Shown here piece by piece: positions 25,788 through 38,462 of a DNA stretch of 64,000 nucleotides. Below the pieces are notes generated by a model, which was not told the DNA's origin, made no database searches, and saw only the letters and a list, made by a program, of their open reading frames with translations. The number at the start of each line of letters is the position of its first letter. The first letter of the stretch is position 1. The position numbers and the translations under genes were made by a program. Source of the DNA: Phaeosaccion multiseriatum (lineage: Eukaryota > Protista > Ochrophyta, other classes); NCBI GenBank assembly GCA_965112735.1, contig OZ218950.1, forward strand, positions 5,022,001 to 5,086,000, given 5' to 3'.

Positions 25788-28700
25788 ATGAAATTCTCGA
25801 CCTCTTGCCCTCTCGTGCGCAAGTCCCCCCCTCTCCTGCTCTTCTTGGTTTCCCTCTTCCTTGCTGGCACCACCGCCTTCTCGTTGCACCCGGCAAAAAT
25901 GGCGGCCCCCGTTCTCAAGCTGGAACCGTCGTTCACCAAGTATCACAAGATTTTACCGTCTTCGGCTACCACAGCCCGCAATGTGGTACTCATTGGAACC
26001 AAGAACGCCTGTGCCGCCGTGCTTAAGGAAGAAGGGAACGTTCTGGGAGCGTTGAGTGGAGCTGCAAGCGGGGATCGGAAATTGCTTTCAAGCGTGCTTG
26101 AAGGCATGAAGGCCGGGAAAGGTGAGGGCACACAGCCGAGGGGTTTACCGCCCTGCTGAGCTCTACACGACTGGCGCACGTGTAAGTCACCCCCTGTTGC
26201 CCATCCACCCCTTTCACCAACCTCCCGTCGCCCTCTCTCCACCTCCAAACGAGTAGACAAGGTCGTCTCGAGCGAGGTCTACATCAACCCATCTGCATCT
26301 GAAGAGCCGGTCCGGGTCCAGCTTAGCCTCCTCCCCACCGAATGCTCTAGACACAACTCCCCCGCACTGCCGCACTCTGTGACCGAGGGGGTCCAGACGG
26401 CGTGGGGAAGCAACGTCAAGGGCGACGTGAGCGTCCTGCTTGTGCTCGAAGACCCCGCCCACGCCTATGCGGCAGGTGAGAGATCAGAATCGAGACAAGT
26501 GAGCCAAAGAGGCGTAGGAGTCGGCATAGGAATGTCTGCTGTTGCTCCCTCTTGACGGAAAAGGTGATGTGTGCGTCCTTTCCTTCCGTCCTTCCCACGT
26601 GGAACCCCTTTCCTTCTTTCGGTGCAGGATGCGCGGTCGCTCGGGCAGTGCCTACGTTCCACTCGAAGCTCAGCACTCCTGCACCCCGTGATGTCAACGT
26701 CTACTTCACACAAGGTGCGTAGGGAGGAGGGTGGAAGGAATACGGTGTGTGGTGGGGTGGACGGCGCGCATCCCTTGTTTGTCTTCGTCCCGCTCCTCAC
26801 TTCCTCTTGCCCTGCCCCCCCCACCCCACCCCCCCCCTCCTTCCTTCCCTCTTGCTCCCAATCGCCCACCTCGCACCCCACGGCTGGTTTATTTTCCTAT
26901 ATGGTCTGAAACAGCAGCCTCAAGCGCATCAACAGCAGCCTCAAACGCAATGGACAAGGCTGTTGATGACTGCGCCGTGACCGCCGAAGGGTGAGAGCAA
27001 AGCCAGAGATGGATCCCATCCACCCAATCATAAAGTGCATCTATTGAATCCAACCAAAAGAATGCCCTCCTTCCCTGGAAGATGCATGCATCGGCCTGCG
27101 AAGATGTGCGTGCTTTGAAGTGTCCACCCCTCCTCTCCTTTTGCTTAGTGCCACTCTCCCGCCCTCCCCCACCCTCTCGCCTCTCTCCCTGTAAGCGCAG
27201 CATCCAACTGGCTGCTATGTTGGTGGATGCCCCTCCCAACTTTCTGCACTGCACTGAGTTCACTGCGCATGCGGTCAACATCGCCGCTGCCCTGCCCAAC
27301 ACCGAGTCCACAGTCATCAAGTGAGGGAGAAGGCGTGTATACGTGTATGCTTGTACTCCACCGGCAACACTGGTGGCTAACTGACTGACTGGTCGACTGA
27401 CTGACTGACTGTCTGAGTGGCCTGCTAATCGAATTGCGTCGCTATCTATCCGTGCCTGCTTGCAGGGGAGAGGCCCTGCGGGAGGCAGGTATGGGAGGCA
27501 TCTACGGCGTAGGCAAGGCCGCCGTGGAGCCTCCAGGTCAGTCACTCACTCACTCACTCACTCATTCACTGGCTCACCCACCCACCCACTCACTCACCCA
27601 CACACCCACTCACTCACTCACTCACCTACGCACCCACCCACCCACTCATTCACTCATCCACTCACTCACTTATTTACTCCCGCACTCACTTTCCCACTCC
27701 CTCACCCACTCACTCCTCCCCCCCTCACTCACTCACTAATTCGCTCACTCGCTCTCAGCCCTCGTGCTGCTGAGCCACACGCCGCCGGACTCGGGCGACA
27801 AGCCTTCCGTGGTATGGGTGGTGAGTGCCATGTGCTGCCTTCTTGCGGCCGTCCTTCCGTGTCTGTCCAACACACCTTGCAACCATCCCTCATTTGCGTC
27901 GGTTGGTACCTTGTTGCTGTGCGTGTGGTTGTGTGTTCTCACCAACTCTTGGGCGTGTCCTCCTCCTCCTCCTTCTCCTCCTCCTCCTCCTCCTCCTCCT
28001 CCTCCTCCTCCTCCTCCTCCTCCTCCTCCTCCTCCTCCTCTTCCTCCTCCCCCTCCTCCCCCCCCCCCTCCTCCTCCTCCTCCTCCTCCCCCTCCTCCTC
28101 TTCCTCCTTCTCCTCCACAGGGCAAGGGAATTGTATACGATACCGGTGGGCTCAGCATCAAGACCAAGACAGGTGCACACGGGCGGACAGGAGAAGGTGG
28201 AGAGGGATAGGGGAATAGGGAGAGAAGGAGAGGGGGAGAGAGAGGGGGAGAGCCTCCCGAGCTGCTGCTGCTGTCCTCTGGATGGTTTCTCTGCCATTGC
28301 TCCGTACCCGTCTCCGCCCCTGCCGGGCCGGTCCACTCTCTCATTCCCATGACCACCTACTACTCTGACCCTTGTCAGGCATGCCGGGCATGAAGAGAGA
28401 CATGGGTGGAGCGGCGGCCATTCTGGCTGCCTTCCAGGCGGCGGTCAAGAGCGGCAAGTGCACAGAGCCCCTACACGCCATCCTCTGTCTGGTGCGTTGC
28501 TTCCTTCACCTTTTGTTGAGGGAGTCAGAGGCGCCCCCCCCGTCAGCTCATTCAGTTCATTCAGTTCATTCAGTTCATTCAGTTCATTCAGTTCATTCAT
28601 CCTGGGGCTTGGTGGGGCGCTTGGTTGGTTGGTGCTCCCTTGGTGGTACCCTCTGGTGATGCTGGTGTGCTGGCTTGGGGGTGTCGACAACGACCCGCGG

Positions 28701-29593
28701 GGGGGGGGCATGCAACGCACTCACCCGATATGAAACCAAACTCTGCTCTGCCCTGCTCGGCGAATGACTGGCCGACTGCCTGCCTGACTGATTCGACTGA
28801 CAGACTGACTGATTGACTGACCGACTGACCAACTGCCCCACTACCTGACCGAATTATCATGATTAGACGAATGATTGACCGACCCGAACGACTGAATGCC
28901 TGTTATTCTACTGTTATTGTACTGTTGTTTTTCTGTGGTTGTTCTGTTGTTGGTCAGGCGGAGAACAGTGTGGCGAGCTGCGCAACTCGTCCGGACGACA
29001 TCCACACTCTCTACTCTGGCAAGACCGTTGAGATCAACAACACGGGTGAGTGGGGGGGGTGCGTGAGTGAATGAGTGAATGAGTGAGTGAGCGAGTGAGC
29101 GAGTGGGTGCGTGAGTGAGTGAGCGAGTGAGTGAGTGAGCGAATGATTGAGTGACTCACCCCCTCTCCCTCTCCCCGATCAGACGCCGAGGGTCGACTGG
29201 TGCTCGCAGACGGAGTGGCGTACGCGGCTCGCCACCTCAAGCCCAAGGTCATCATCGACATGGCCACCTTGACGGGGGCTCAAGGAGTGGCCACAGGTAA
29301 GGAAGGCGGAAGGCGTGCGTAGTATAGGCGGGCTTGCCTTACTGACCTACCGACTTACTGACTTACTGACTTACTGACTTACTGACTTGCCTGACCCTCC
29401 CCCCGCCCCCCTGCCTCTGTCAGGCAAGAGACACGGTGCTTTGGTCTGCAACGACGAAGCCACCGAGACGCAGTGCATCGCGGCCGGCAAGACCAGCGGG
29501 GACCTCTGCCATGCCATGCCGTACGCTCCAGAGTTTTACAAGATGGAGTTCGCGTCCTCCGTGGTGAGTGTGTGTACGCGCGCGTGTATATAT

Positions 29594-29626
<33 letters not shown>

Positions 29627-30490
29627 TCCCGTGTCCTCCTTCGTGCGCCACTTTTCTCAATTGCGTCTTTCCTTTTGTCGCTCTCTGCCCTACCTGTAAC
29701 CGCCATTGTGTCTGAACAACCAACTTGTCCTCCTTTGTGTCCGAATCACCACTAGGCCGATATGAAGAACTCCGTGGCAGACAGGGCCAATGCGCAAGTC
29801 TCTTGCGCCGGGCAATTCATTGCCAATCATTTGGAGGATTACATTGGCGGGGGTGAGTGAGTCAGTGAGTCAGTGAGTCAGTGCGTGAGGGAGGGAGTGA
29901 GTGAGTGCGTGGTTGAGTCAGTGAGTGAGTGCGTGAGTGAGTCAGTGAGTGAGTGAGTGAGGGAGGGAGTGACTCAGTCAGTTCGTCAGTGAGTCAGTCA
30001 GTGAGAATGCAAACGAAGTGAGTGGTGTTACCAATTGTAGACAGCGGTACCTCAGGTTCAACGCAAAGCGATGTCGCAATTCACAAGTCCTACCATTGTT
30101 CTTTTCTCTCTCCCTCTCCCTCTTCTCTCCTTCTCCGCTGCTCTTCCTCCCCTCGCCGCCGCGGTCAGACGGGAAGTGGCTCCACATCGACATGGCGTAC
30201 CCTGCCAGTAAGGGCGAACGAGCGACAGGTGCGTAGACTGGCGACTCGTCGTGACCCACTCTCCGTCCGTCACTCACTCACCCAATCACTCAGTCACTCA
30301 CGGACTCACTCACTCACTCACTCACTCGTTGCTTGTACCGCTCACACTCTAGTGCCGCTTTCTCCCCCTTGCGCTTCTCTCACCCCTCTACCCGCTCTTG
30401 CTTGTTCCACACGCACACACACACACACACACACACATGTCTATAGGCTATGGAGTGGCCCTTCTGTACTCGCTTCTCGATCTACTCTGA
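25788..30490 (+). CDS. NPEPL1: M17 leucyl aminopeptidase, NPEPL1 subfamily, about 15 exons
   Basis: [127 protein letters not shown]; TGA at 30488-30490. Alternative start at 25899. Confidence 0.96.
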
Positions 30491-31634
30491 TCTATGAGTG
30501 AGGGGACTAAGCAAAGAGGGCAAAGAGGTTTTGGGAAATGAGGAGATATTTTTTATCACGAAGAGATGGGCTTCTCATCATCAGTGAGGAGAGAGAAAAA
30601 AGAGGTGAAAAAGAGGCGAAAGAGAAGAATGAAAAAAATTGAAACTTCAAACTCACTCGTTCACCCTCTCCCCCGTCTTCATTACAATACAAAGGGAGAG
30701 AGCCAGCCTTCACACCCGCCTTCCACCTTTCGCAGAGGCTCTTGCTGATAAGGTAGTTTAGAGCGGTACCGCAGCCCGTCGCTATCTGTTTGGAGAAGCT
30801 TCCGGTCGTGGGAGGCAGGAAAAATCTCTTGTGACGAAGGGGGGTCCCCCCACGGAGACAAAACAAAGGCACGAAGCAGCCAACTGAGCTCCTCTTTGTG
30901 AGTACTATGAAGTCGACGATGATTAGCTCTGTAGGTAGCTCAGACTTCCCGCTGGTGCTGCCGCTCTGCGTTTATCGCGTGTCCCGCCATGTTGAAGCTT
31001 TCTTGCCCCTAAGAAGCAGGCCACCTCTGCCACTCTTGTCGCCTCTTCCATCTATATCTAAGGATCAGTTTTTCCCACTCCCCCCTTTCACTAACTGGCC
31101 TCTTCTTGGACGCCTTGCTCCCCTCTCTTTCGCCTCTGACTGTGTTCCACACACTTTACAGCTGAGTCTGCCTGACAAGCAGGAAGATTCGCAGGAAGGT
31201 CAGATTCTCGGAAGGAGGGTCAACAGCAATGAACGCTTGAGCAAGTCCGTCCACACGCCTTGTCCTCATCACTTTCATGGGTGGGGTCTGCAGCCGGAGG
31301 CGTAGACACGGTGAAAGGGGAGGGCGGCGAGCTAGTGGCCTGCCTCCTGCCTCGCTGCCCCTCCATCAGGGCGGACGGCCTCGCTGGCAGCCTGCGAGGA
31401 GCCTGAGCGGCAGGTAAGCAGCGGACCCACTTTTCTGGTACTGTAGCAATGGGAAGGGGTTTCTATCTCACAGGAGAAAAAAATTTGAAGACTCGTTCCC
31501 ACACTTGCTGGGTAGATCCAAATGGACCCTTTTGAGAGTAGTAGTGTGAGTGAGAGTTTCCGTCGTCCCCCCCTCCCGCCCTGCCCTCTTCCCCCCTCCC
31601 GCCCTGGCCTTTACTGAAAACACAATATCCCCGA

Positions 31635-33434
31635 ATGCACAAACACGGCTTTCCGCTTGGCGGCGCTCCATCGCCTCCTCCCATCATCGTCACCAGCAGC
31701 AGCAGCGACGACTCCGAAGGAGAGGAAACGAACGAAGAGGAGGAGGAGGAGGAGGAGGAGGAGGCCGCGGGGGCACTACCAAGACAAGCCGAAGGCGAGG
31801 AGAACTCTAGACGCGGCATCCTGAGCTGGCAGGAGGAAGAAGGGCGGTCCTCCGCGTCTCTGTCTTTCGCCGCGGGTGCCAGGACCAGCAACAGGAATAG
31901 GAGCAGTAGCAACACCACCACCACCCACAGCAGCAGTAGCGACGACCCCTTGATCGGTAGCCGCCTCCGTCGACGCAGCACTTCACGGCATCATCACCAG
32001 CAGCACCTTACGGCCGCAAGAAGGATGACTGAGGGAGAAGCAGCTTCTCCAGCTGGAGCGGCGGCCGCAGCAGCAGCAGCAGGAGGAGAAGGAGAAGGAG
32101 GGGGAGGAAGCAGCCCTCAAACACCTCCTTTCGGCCAGTCCCCTCCTTGTCTGGCCCTCCTGCCCCTACCCGCCTGGCGCATTGAGGCTGCTGCTTCAGC
32201 TGTATCACCGAATGCTGCTGCTGCTGGTGGTGGTGGTGGTGCTGCTGCTGCCCGTTCGAGTGGACGACTGCAATCTCCTCTTGGTATCGGGTGGAGGCGG
32301 GCCCAAAGAGACGAGAAGAAGGAGGAGAGGGACGAGGAGGTGGACAGCATGGATGGATCGGCCGATCTGAGGAGGAGGAGGAGAGTGGGGAGACGCCACA
32401 AGAGGGTGGCGTACTTGCAGCCTGCGGCTGCTGCTGTAGCACCAACTGCTACGGCCAACTCTAACCGTGGAGGGGGAGAGGCTCTGGCTCTTACAGGCCC
32501 TGTTGCTGTTTCTGCTGCTGCTGCTGGTGCTGCTAGTGCTGCTGGTGGAGCTTCTTCGTTCGCTCCCATGGCGACAGTGCGTATGGGGGAGAGTGCTACA
32601 TCGGCTTCGGGAGGAGGGGCGGAAGGAGGAGGTGTAGCGGAAGGCCTCTCGGGAAGAGGAGAGAGGAGAGGGGGGGGGCGGAGGTCAAGATCCTTCACGG
32701 AGGCAAGCGTTGACAGCAGAGGAGGGGGTCGGCAGGGACTGGGACAGAGCGGTGACTGTCCGTACGGTAGTAGGTTCTGCAGGGGCACGGACGTGGCGAA
32801 CTTGCAGGCCGGCAACAATGGTGCCAGTGGTGTCGTCAATGGTGCTGCTACGGGTGCCACTGGCGTCAGCGTTGGTACTCGCAGCGGCAGCGGCAACAAC
32901 AACAACAACAAACGGCGGAGCTGCAGTGACGAGTTTGCTGGCTATGCGGGCAGGAAGGTGGCCCATGCGGGCAGTGTGAAGTCTTGCTGGACGGAAGGCT
33001 CATCGGCGTCCCTCCTCTCTCGCGAGTGGCCTGCAGCGTTGGACAGGCAGCACAGGCAGCTTGCCAGGCTGTATACCGACAGCTCTCGACGCGCCCTGTA
33101 TGGAGAGCAGGAGGAGGAGGAGGAGGAGGAGGAGGAGCACGAGGAGGGAGAGCACCCAACTGGGGACTCCGGCGGCGGCGGAGGCGGTGGTGATGGTGAC
33201 TCTTCTTCTCCTCCTCCTCCTCCTCCTCCACCTCCTCCTGCTCCTCTTTTTCTTCGTCCTCCACCACCACCACCTCCTCCTCCTCCTCTTTCTCTTCATT
33301 CTCTACTTCGTTCTACTCCTCCTTCTCCTCGCTCCTCTCGCCCACCCGTCCCCTCCCTCCTTGCGATCTCTGTACGGAGCGTGTGTCAGCAGGTGCTTCA
33401 GGGCAATCCCGAGGGGAAGGAGGGGCAAAAACAG

Positions 33435-33485
<51 letters not shown>

Positions 33486-34583
33486 CCAATGGTGGTCGAG
33501 GCGGGGCGTTTGCCCAAGGAGGCCGTGGATGCTTGCATGTCCTCCCTGACCATCCACAGCGCCCTCTCCATCTCTTGCCTACACGCCTTCCGCCACTGTG
33601 AGGTCCAGCGGCTCTCTCTGGCGAGCTGTGCCCCGAGGGTGGACGACGCGTGGCTGGAGAGCGCACTCTGTCCCCATTGCTGCGGGTCGCTGGAAGCACT
33701 GGACCTGTCGAACTGCAGCGGCATTACGGACGAGGGAATGGCCAAGCTTCCCCCTCGTATGTTCAGCAGGAACCTCACCTCCATCAGCCTCCTCAACTGC
33801 CATCGCCTCAGCGACCGAGCCACGCTCCTCTTCGGCCTCGCTACCAACCTTACTAGCCTGAGCCTGGCCTACTGCCGCAACCTCCGGGACCCCGGCCTCT
33901 CCTCCATTCGAGGGCTACGACAGTTACGACAACTGGACCTGGAGGGGTGCGAGCGCGTAACGGACGAGGCAATGGTTGTGGTGGGCGGACTGGTGTTGCT
34001 TCGAGAGCTCAATGTATCGCAGTGCCACTGTCTGACTGGGGAGGGGCTCTGGAAGCTGCGTGCCCTGCGTCTGTTGGCCGCCCTTAACTTGGGCTGGTGC
34101 AGGGGCTTGCAGCACTCACTCGAGCCCAAAAGTAGGCTGTGGATGAATGGGAGCAGCAGCCGGAACAGTGGTGATGGCGCTGGTGGCGGCGGTGGTGATG
34201 CTAGTGGTGGTGCTGGTGGTGGTGGCGGTGGTGTCGGGCACCGGCGGAGACGAGACGAGGCCACAATGGACGATACGATCTCCTCCATCTACGCCAGCAA
34301 CAGTCGGAACAGCACAAGGAGCCATATGCACGGCCGCCGCCGCCGTCGGAGCTGGAGCAGCGCTGTAACTGTAAGCAGTCCTATGGATCATCATCCTCCT
34401 GACAGCAGTGGAGAGGGCCCTTCAGCAGGCCCGGCGGGAGGAGGAGAAGGAGGGGGGGCGGTGGGGCTTATGGGGTCCCGACTGCCTTGGCGTCAGCAGC
34501 AGCAGCGGAGGGTGCGAACCATTGTCAGCAGGATGAGGCATCCCCAGCGGAGCGAGCAGGAGAGGCTTCGAAGGCAGCACCTT

Positions 34584-34628
<45 letters not shown>

Positions 34629-36455
34629 GAGGAGGAGGAGGAGGAGGAGGAGGAGGAGGAGGCGGCGGCGACAGGCCATGGCGCTTGGGATGAGGTAAGG
34701 AGGGGGAGGGGGAGTTTCGACGACGTGCCTGTGCCTGGGCGCAATTTTGCGTATATGTATGTTGCGTGTATGTTGCGTGTAAAACCCCAACGCTAGGGAG
34801 GAACCCTGTGAGGGCCCCCGAGGGAAGGGAAGGAGAGGCAAGGTCGGGCCACGGTCCTACGTGCTCCTTCACCCGCTGACTCCCTCTCTCCCGCTACTGC
34901 TTGCTGCTGCTGCTGCTGCTGCTGCTACTCCACAACGCTGGCACGGTACCAACTCTCTCACCTCTCTCTCTTTGCCCTTCTCCCTTGTCGCCCCATCCGT
35001 CCTTCTCCTGCCTCCTTCTCCCTTCTCCTTTCGCCAACAGGACGCTCGAGAAGAGGCGGAATACGGCAACCGATTGCCCGATCTACCCTCCCTCACCAAG
35101 CTATCTGTGGCCCGCCTCGGCCTGACCGACGAGACTCTCCGCGACCTTGCTCGCTCCTCTCCTCTCCTCAAGGCGCTCAACCTCGATGGCTGCGTCAGGT
35201 TCGTCACAGGCCGGGCAGTTGGCTGATGTATCACCAACTTGTGTGCCATTCTACCGCGCACACCCCCCTTCTACTCCTATTACATGGCGACGCCCCCCTC
35301 CCCCCCCCCTTCTCCCCCTCCTCCCCCCCCTCCCCCTCTCGCAGCGTGAGCAACGAGGGGGTGGGCCATCTCCTCTCCCTCCAACACCTTGAGGTACTTG
35401 ACATTAGTCACTGCAGGGAGGTGACTCGTCTCGGCCGTGACCAACCGCAGCTCGACGTCCAGGCTGCTGTCGGTGGACCGGGGGCTGTCGCGGGTGAGAG
35501 GGGTGGTGGTGGTGCTGCTGCTGGTGGTGGTGGTGGTGCTGCTGCTGCTGCTGCTGGTGAGATCCGCTCTCCACTGCTTCTCCTTCCTCGCGGAGCTCGA
35601 CCCGTGGTGCCGCTACACCCTCCACCCCCTCCACCCCCTGCTGCTGCTCTGTTGATGGGGGGGGGGAGGAGGAGGAGTACGACTCTGCAAATGGCGACCA
35701 CTTGCCTGAGGAAGCTTCATACGCTCAACTTGGAGCGAAGCGGGGTGCGCGACAGTGACGTTGGTGCCATTACCAGGTGCGGCGGTATCCGTACTCTGTC
35801 TCTGTGTCTGTCTCTGTGTCTGTCTTTGTGTCTGTCTTTGTGTCTGTGTCTGCTCTGTCTCTCTGTCTCTCTGTCTCTCTGTCTCTCTGTCCCTGTCTCT
35901 ATCTCTGTCTCTGTGTGTGTCTCTGTCTGTGTCTGTGTCTCTACCTCTGTCTCTACCTCTGTCTCTGTCTCTACCTCTGTCTCTGTCTCTGTCTCTGTGT
36001 GTCTCATTGTGTCTCTTTCTGTCTCAAGTCTCTCTCGGGCGGTGACCCTACACATATATCTCTTCTCGGCACGATAAAACAAGTTGAGAAGCTCATCAGT
36101 CTCTGCTTTCTTATCCCACCCCACCCCCGCCCCCACCCCCATTCCCTGTACCCCCTCCCCTTGTCACACAGGCGCTTACCTGCTCTAACCTCCCTCAACC
36201 TCAACACATGTTCCGTGGGAGACAGCGCCGCGCAGGCCCTGGCCTCTGCGGTGCCCGGGCTTCAGAACCTTGACCTCGGAGACACGGAAGTGACTGACGT
36301 GGGGGTGCGGAGCCTCGGGACCCTCAGGGAGCTTCGGTCTCTAAGTCTCTTCTTCTGTGCTGTTTCCGAGCTGGGACTGAGGACCGTGGGCACGCTCTCC
36401 AAGCTCACCTCGCTCAACCTGGACAGCAGGTGAGGGGTGTGCGTGCATGTGTGTG

Positions 36456-36511
<56 letters not shown>

Positions 36512-38201
36512 TCTTTGCGGGTGTGTGCGTGAATGTGTGCGCGCGTGTGTGCGTGTAAGGGATTAGGGGTGGGCGCTCTCACCCCCTCCCTCCTTCTCTC
36601 CCTTCCCTGGGACCCTACATACATGCTCCTCTTATCCTCTATCCAGCCTCTTCAGAGCGACCCTCTGTTAACGGAATACTTCTCCGTCTCGTTGCATTGC
36701 ATAACCACCCGAGACTCTCTGCCCTTCGCGTTGAACATTCGCCATTCGCCATTGGCCTGTGTCTCGTCCCTCCCCTCCCCTCCCCTTCTTTTGTCCGGTT
36801 CTGTGTTTGTTCTGTACCTGTTGTAATGTTCCGCTTGCCATGTACATCCTCCATCTCTTATCCCTTATCCATACCACAGAGAGGTATCCGACGGCGGCGT
36901 GTCGCACCTGGTACACCTCACCTGCCTGCAGACGCTCGACCTGTTCTCCAGTACGGTCTCCGATTCGGGATTGGTCCGCAGCATCGACCGCCTCACAGCC
37001 CTCACTAGCCTGGAGCTGTGCAGCGGTCGCATCACTGACGCGGGGCTTGTGGTGGTGGGGAGACTGCGCAAGGTGAGTTGGTATAGAAGAGGGGAGGGAG
37101 GAGGAGGGGAGGAGGGGGGGGGGAGGGGGGGGGAGAGGAGTCATTCGGAGTGAATACCTCGTGTCAAGTCATTTCGTTGGTTGGGCGGTCACTGTTGTCA
37201 GTCAGACTGTCCGTGAGGCTGTTTTGTTTGTTTGTTTTGTATTTTGTCGCCACTTGTTGTGACAACGAAGGTCCATCCCCTCTCTCCCTCCCTCCCTTAC
37301 TCCCTACTGATACTTTCGAACCTGACCTTTCCACCCACCTCCTGCCCCCTCCTTCCTCCTCCCTCCCCACTCCTTCCTCCTTCCTCCCCCCCCCCCCTCC
37401 TCGCCTTCCCTCCTCTTCCCCTTCCTCCGCTGCAGTTAAAAAGCCTGAACGTGGGCCAGAACCGTAATATCACGGGTGCTGGCGTGCCGCACCTCGCCTC
37501 TCTGTTCGAGCTGCGCCGGCTTAACCTGTCTTACACTAAGGTAAATGTACATTAATGGGTTGAGTGTTGTTATTGTCACGTTAATGCTCGAGCTGCGCCG
37601 GCTTAACCTGTCTTTCGCCTGTACTGTTGTACTCTGGTATTGGTGGTAGGGTGTTATTGGTATATTAATGGGTTGAGTGTTGATATCCTTACGTTAGTGG
37701 TGATGTTGATAGTTCAGTGTTGATATCAGAATATATATATGTTATTTTGTAGTGCTCTTACTCGTAAATAATGGTGGTATTGGTAGTTGAGGGTTAATGG
37801 TGGGATTGGTAGTTGAGGGTTGATATGGGTATGGCATTGATATTGGTAGGGAGTGTTGGTATACATACATCCCTGTTTCTCTCTGTCTCTCTCCTCTTTT
37901 TCTCCCTCGCTCTCTCAATCTCGCTCTCTCACACTCTCGCTCTCCCTCTCTCTCCCTTTCTCTTTCTGTCCTTCTCTCTCTCCCTGTCTCTCTCTTCTCC
38001 CCCCCCCCCCTCTCTCTCTATCCTCCCTCTCTCTCTCTCTTTCCTCTCTCCCCCCTTCTTAAGGTGGACTCTGCGAGCCTTCCCCAGCTGAGCAAGCTGC
38101 TGCAGCTCGAGGCTTTGACCCTGTTCGGATGCCCCGTCGAGCAAGCTCCGATCAAGGAGCTCAAGAGCTGTCTGCCCAATCTTCTCATCGTCAAGACGTG
38201 A
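31635..38201 (+). CDS. Leucine-rich repeat protein (Cys-containing, FBXL/AMN1-like LRRs) with a long low-complexity N-terminus, 7 coding exons
   Basis: Repeated LxxLxLxxCxx(I/V)TD units (LEALDLSNCSGITD, LRQLDLEGCERVTD, LTSLNLNTCSVGD, LTSLELCSGRITD). Exons about 31635-34695, 35040-35198, 35345-35776, 36172-36429, 36881-37072, 37436-37540 and 38064-38201; possible 5'UTR intron 31414-31473. Confidence 0.85.
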
Positions 38202-38378
38202 AGACGTGAGAGGCAGAGCTGCGCAGCTGGAAGCCTCTCGAGGCGGGGGCGGGGGGGGGAAGGGGCAGCACCACCCACACACCCACACACCCACACCAAC
38301 GCCAACACCACACACGCCTCACTTTTACTCTGCGGAGGTAGCAGAGAGTGTGCCAGCTTTCCCTCCCTCCCTGAGGTG

Positions 38379-38462
38379 TTTCATACGTGTGGTGATGTGT
38401 TTCATGTACGTGGTGATGTGCTTCATATATGTGGTAATGTGTTTCATGTATGTGGTGATATG
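38379..38462. repeat. 21-bp tandem repeat x4 (TTTCATRTAYGTGGTRATGTG)
   Basis: Direct observation downstream of the LRR stop codon. Confidence 0.8.
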
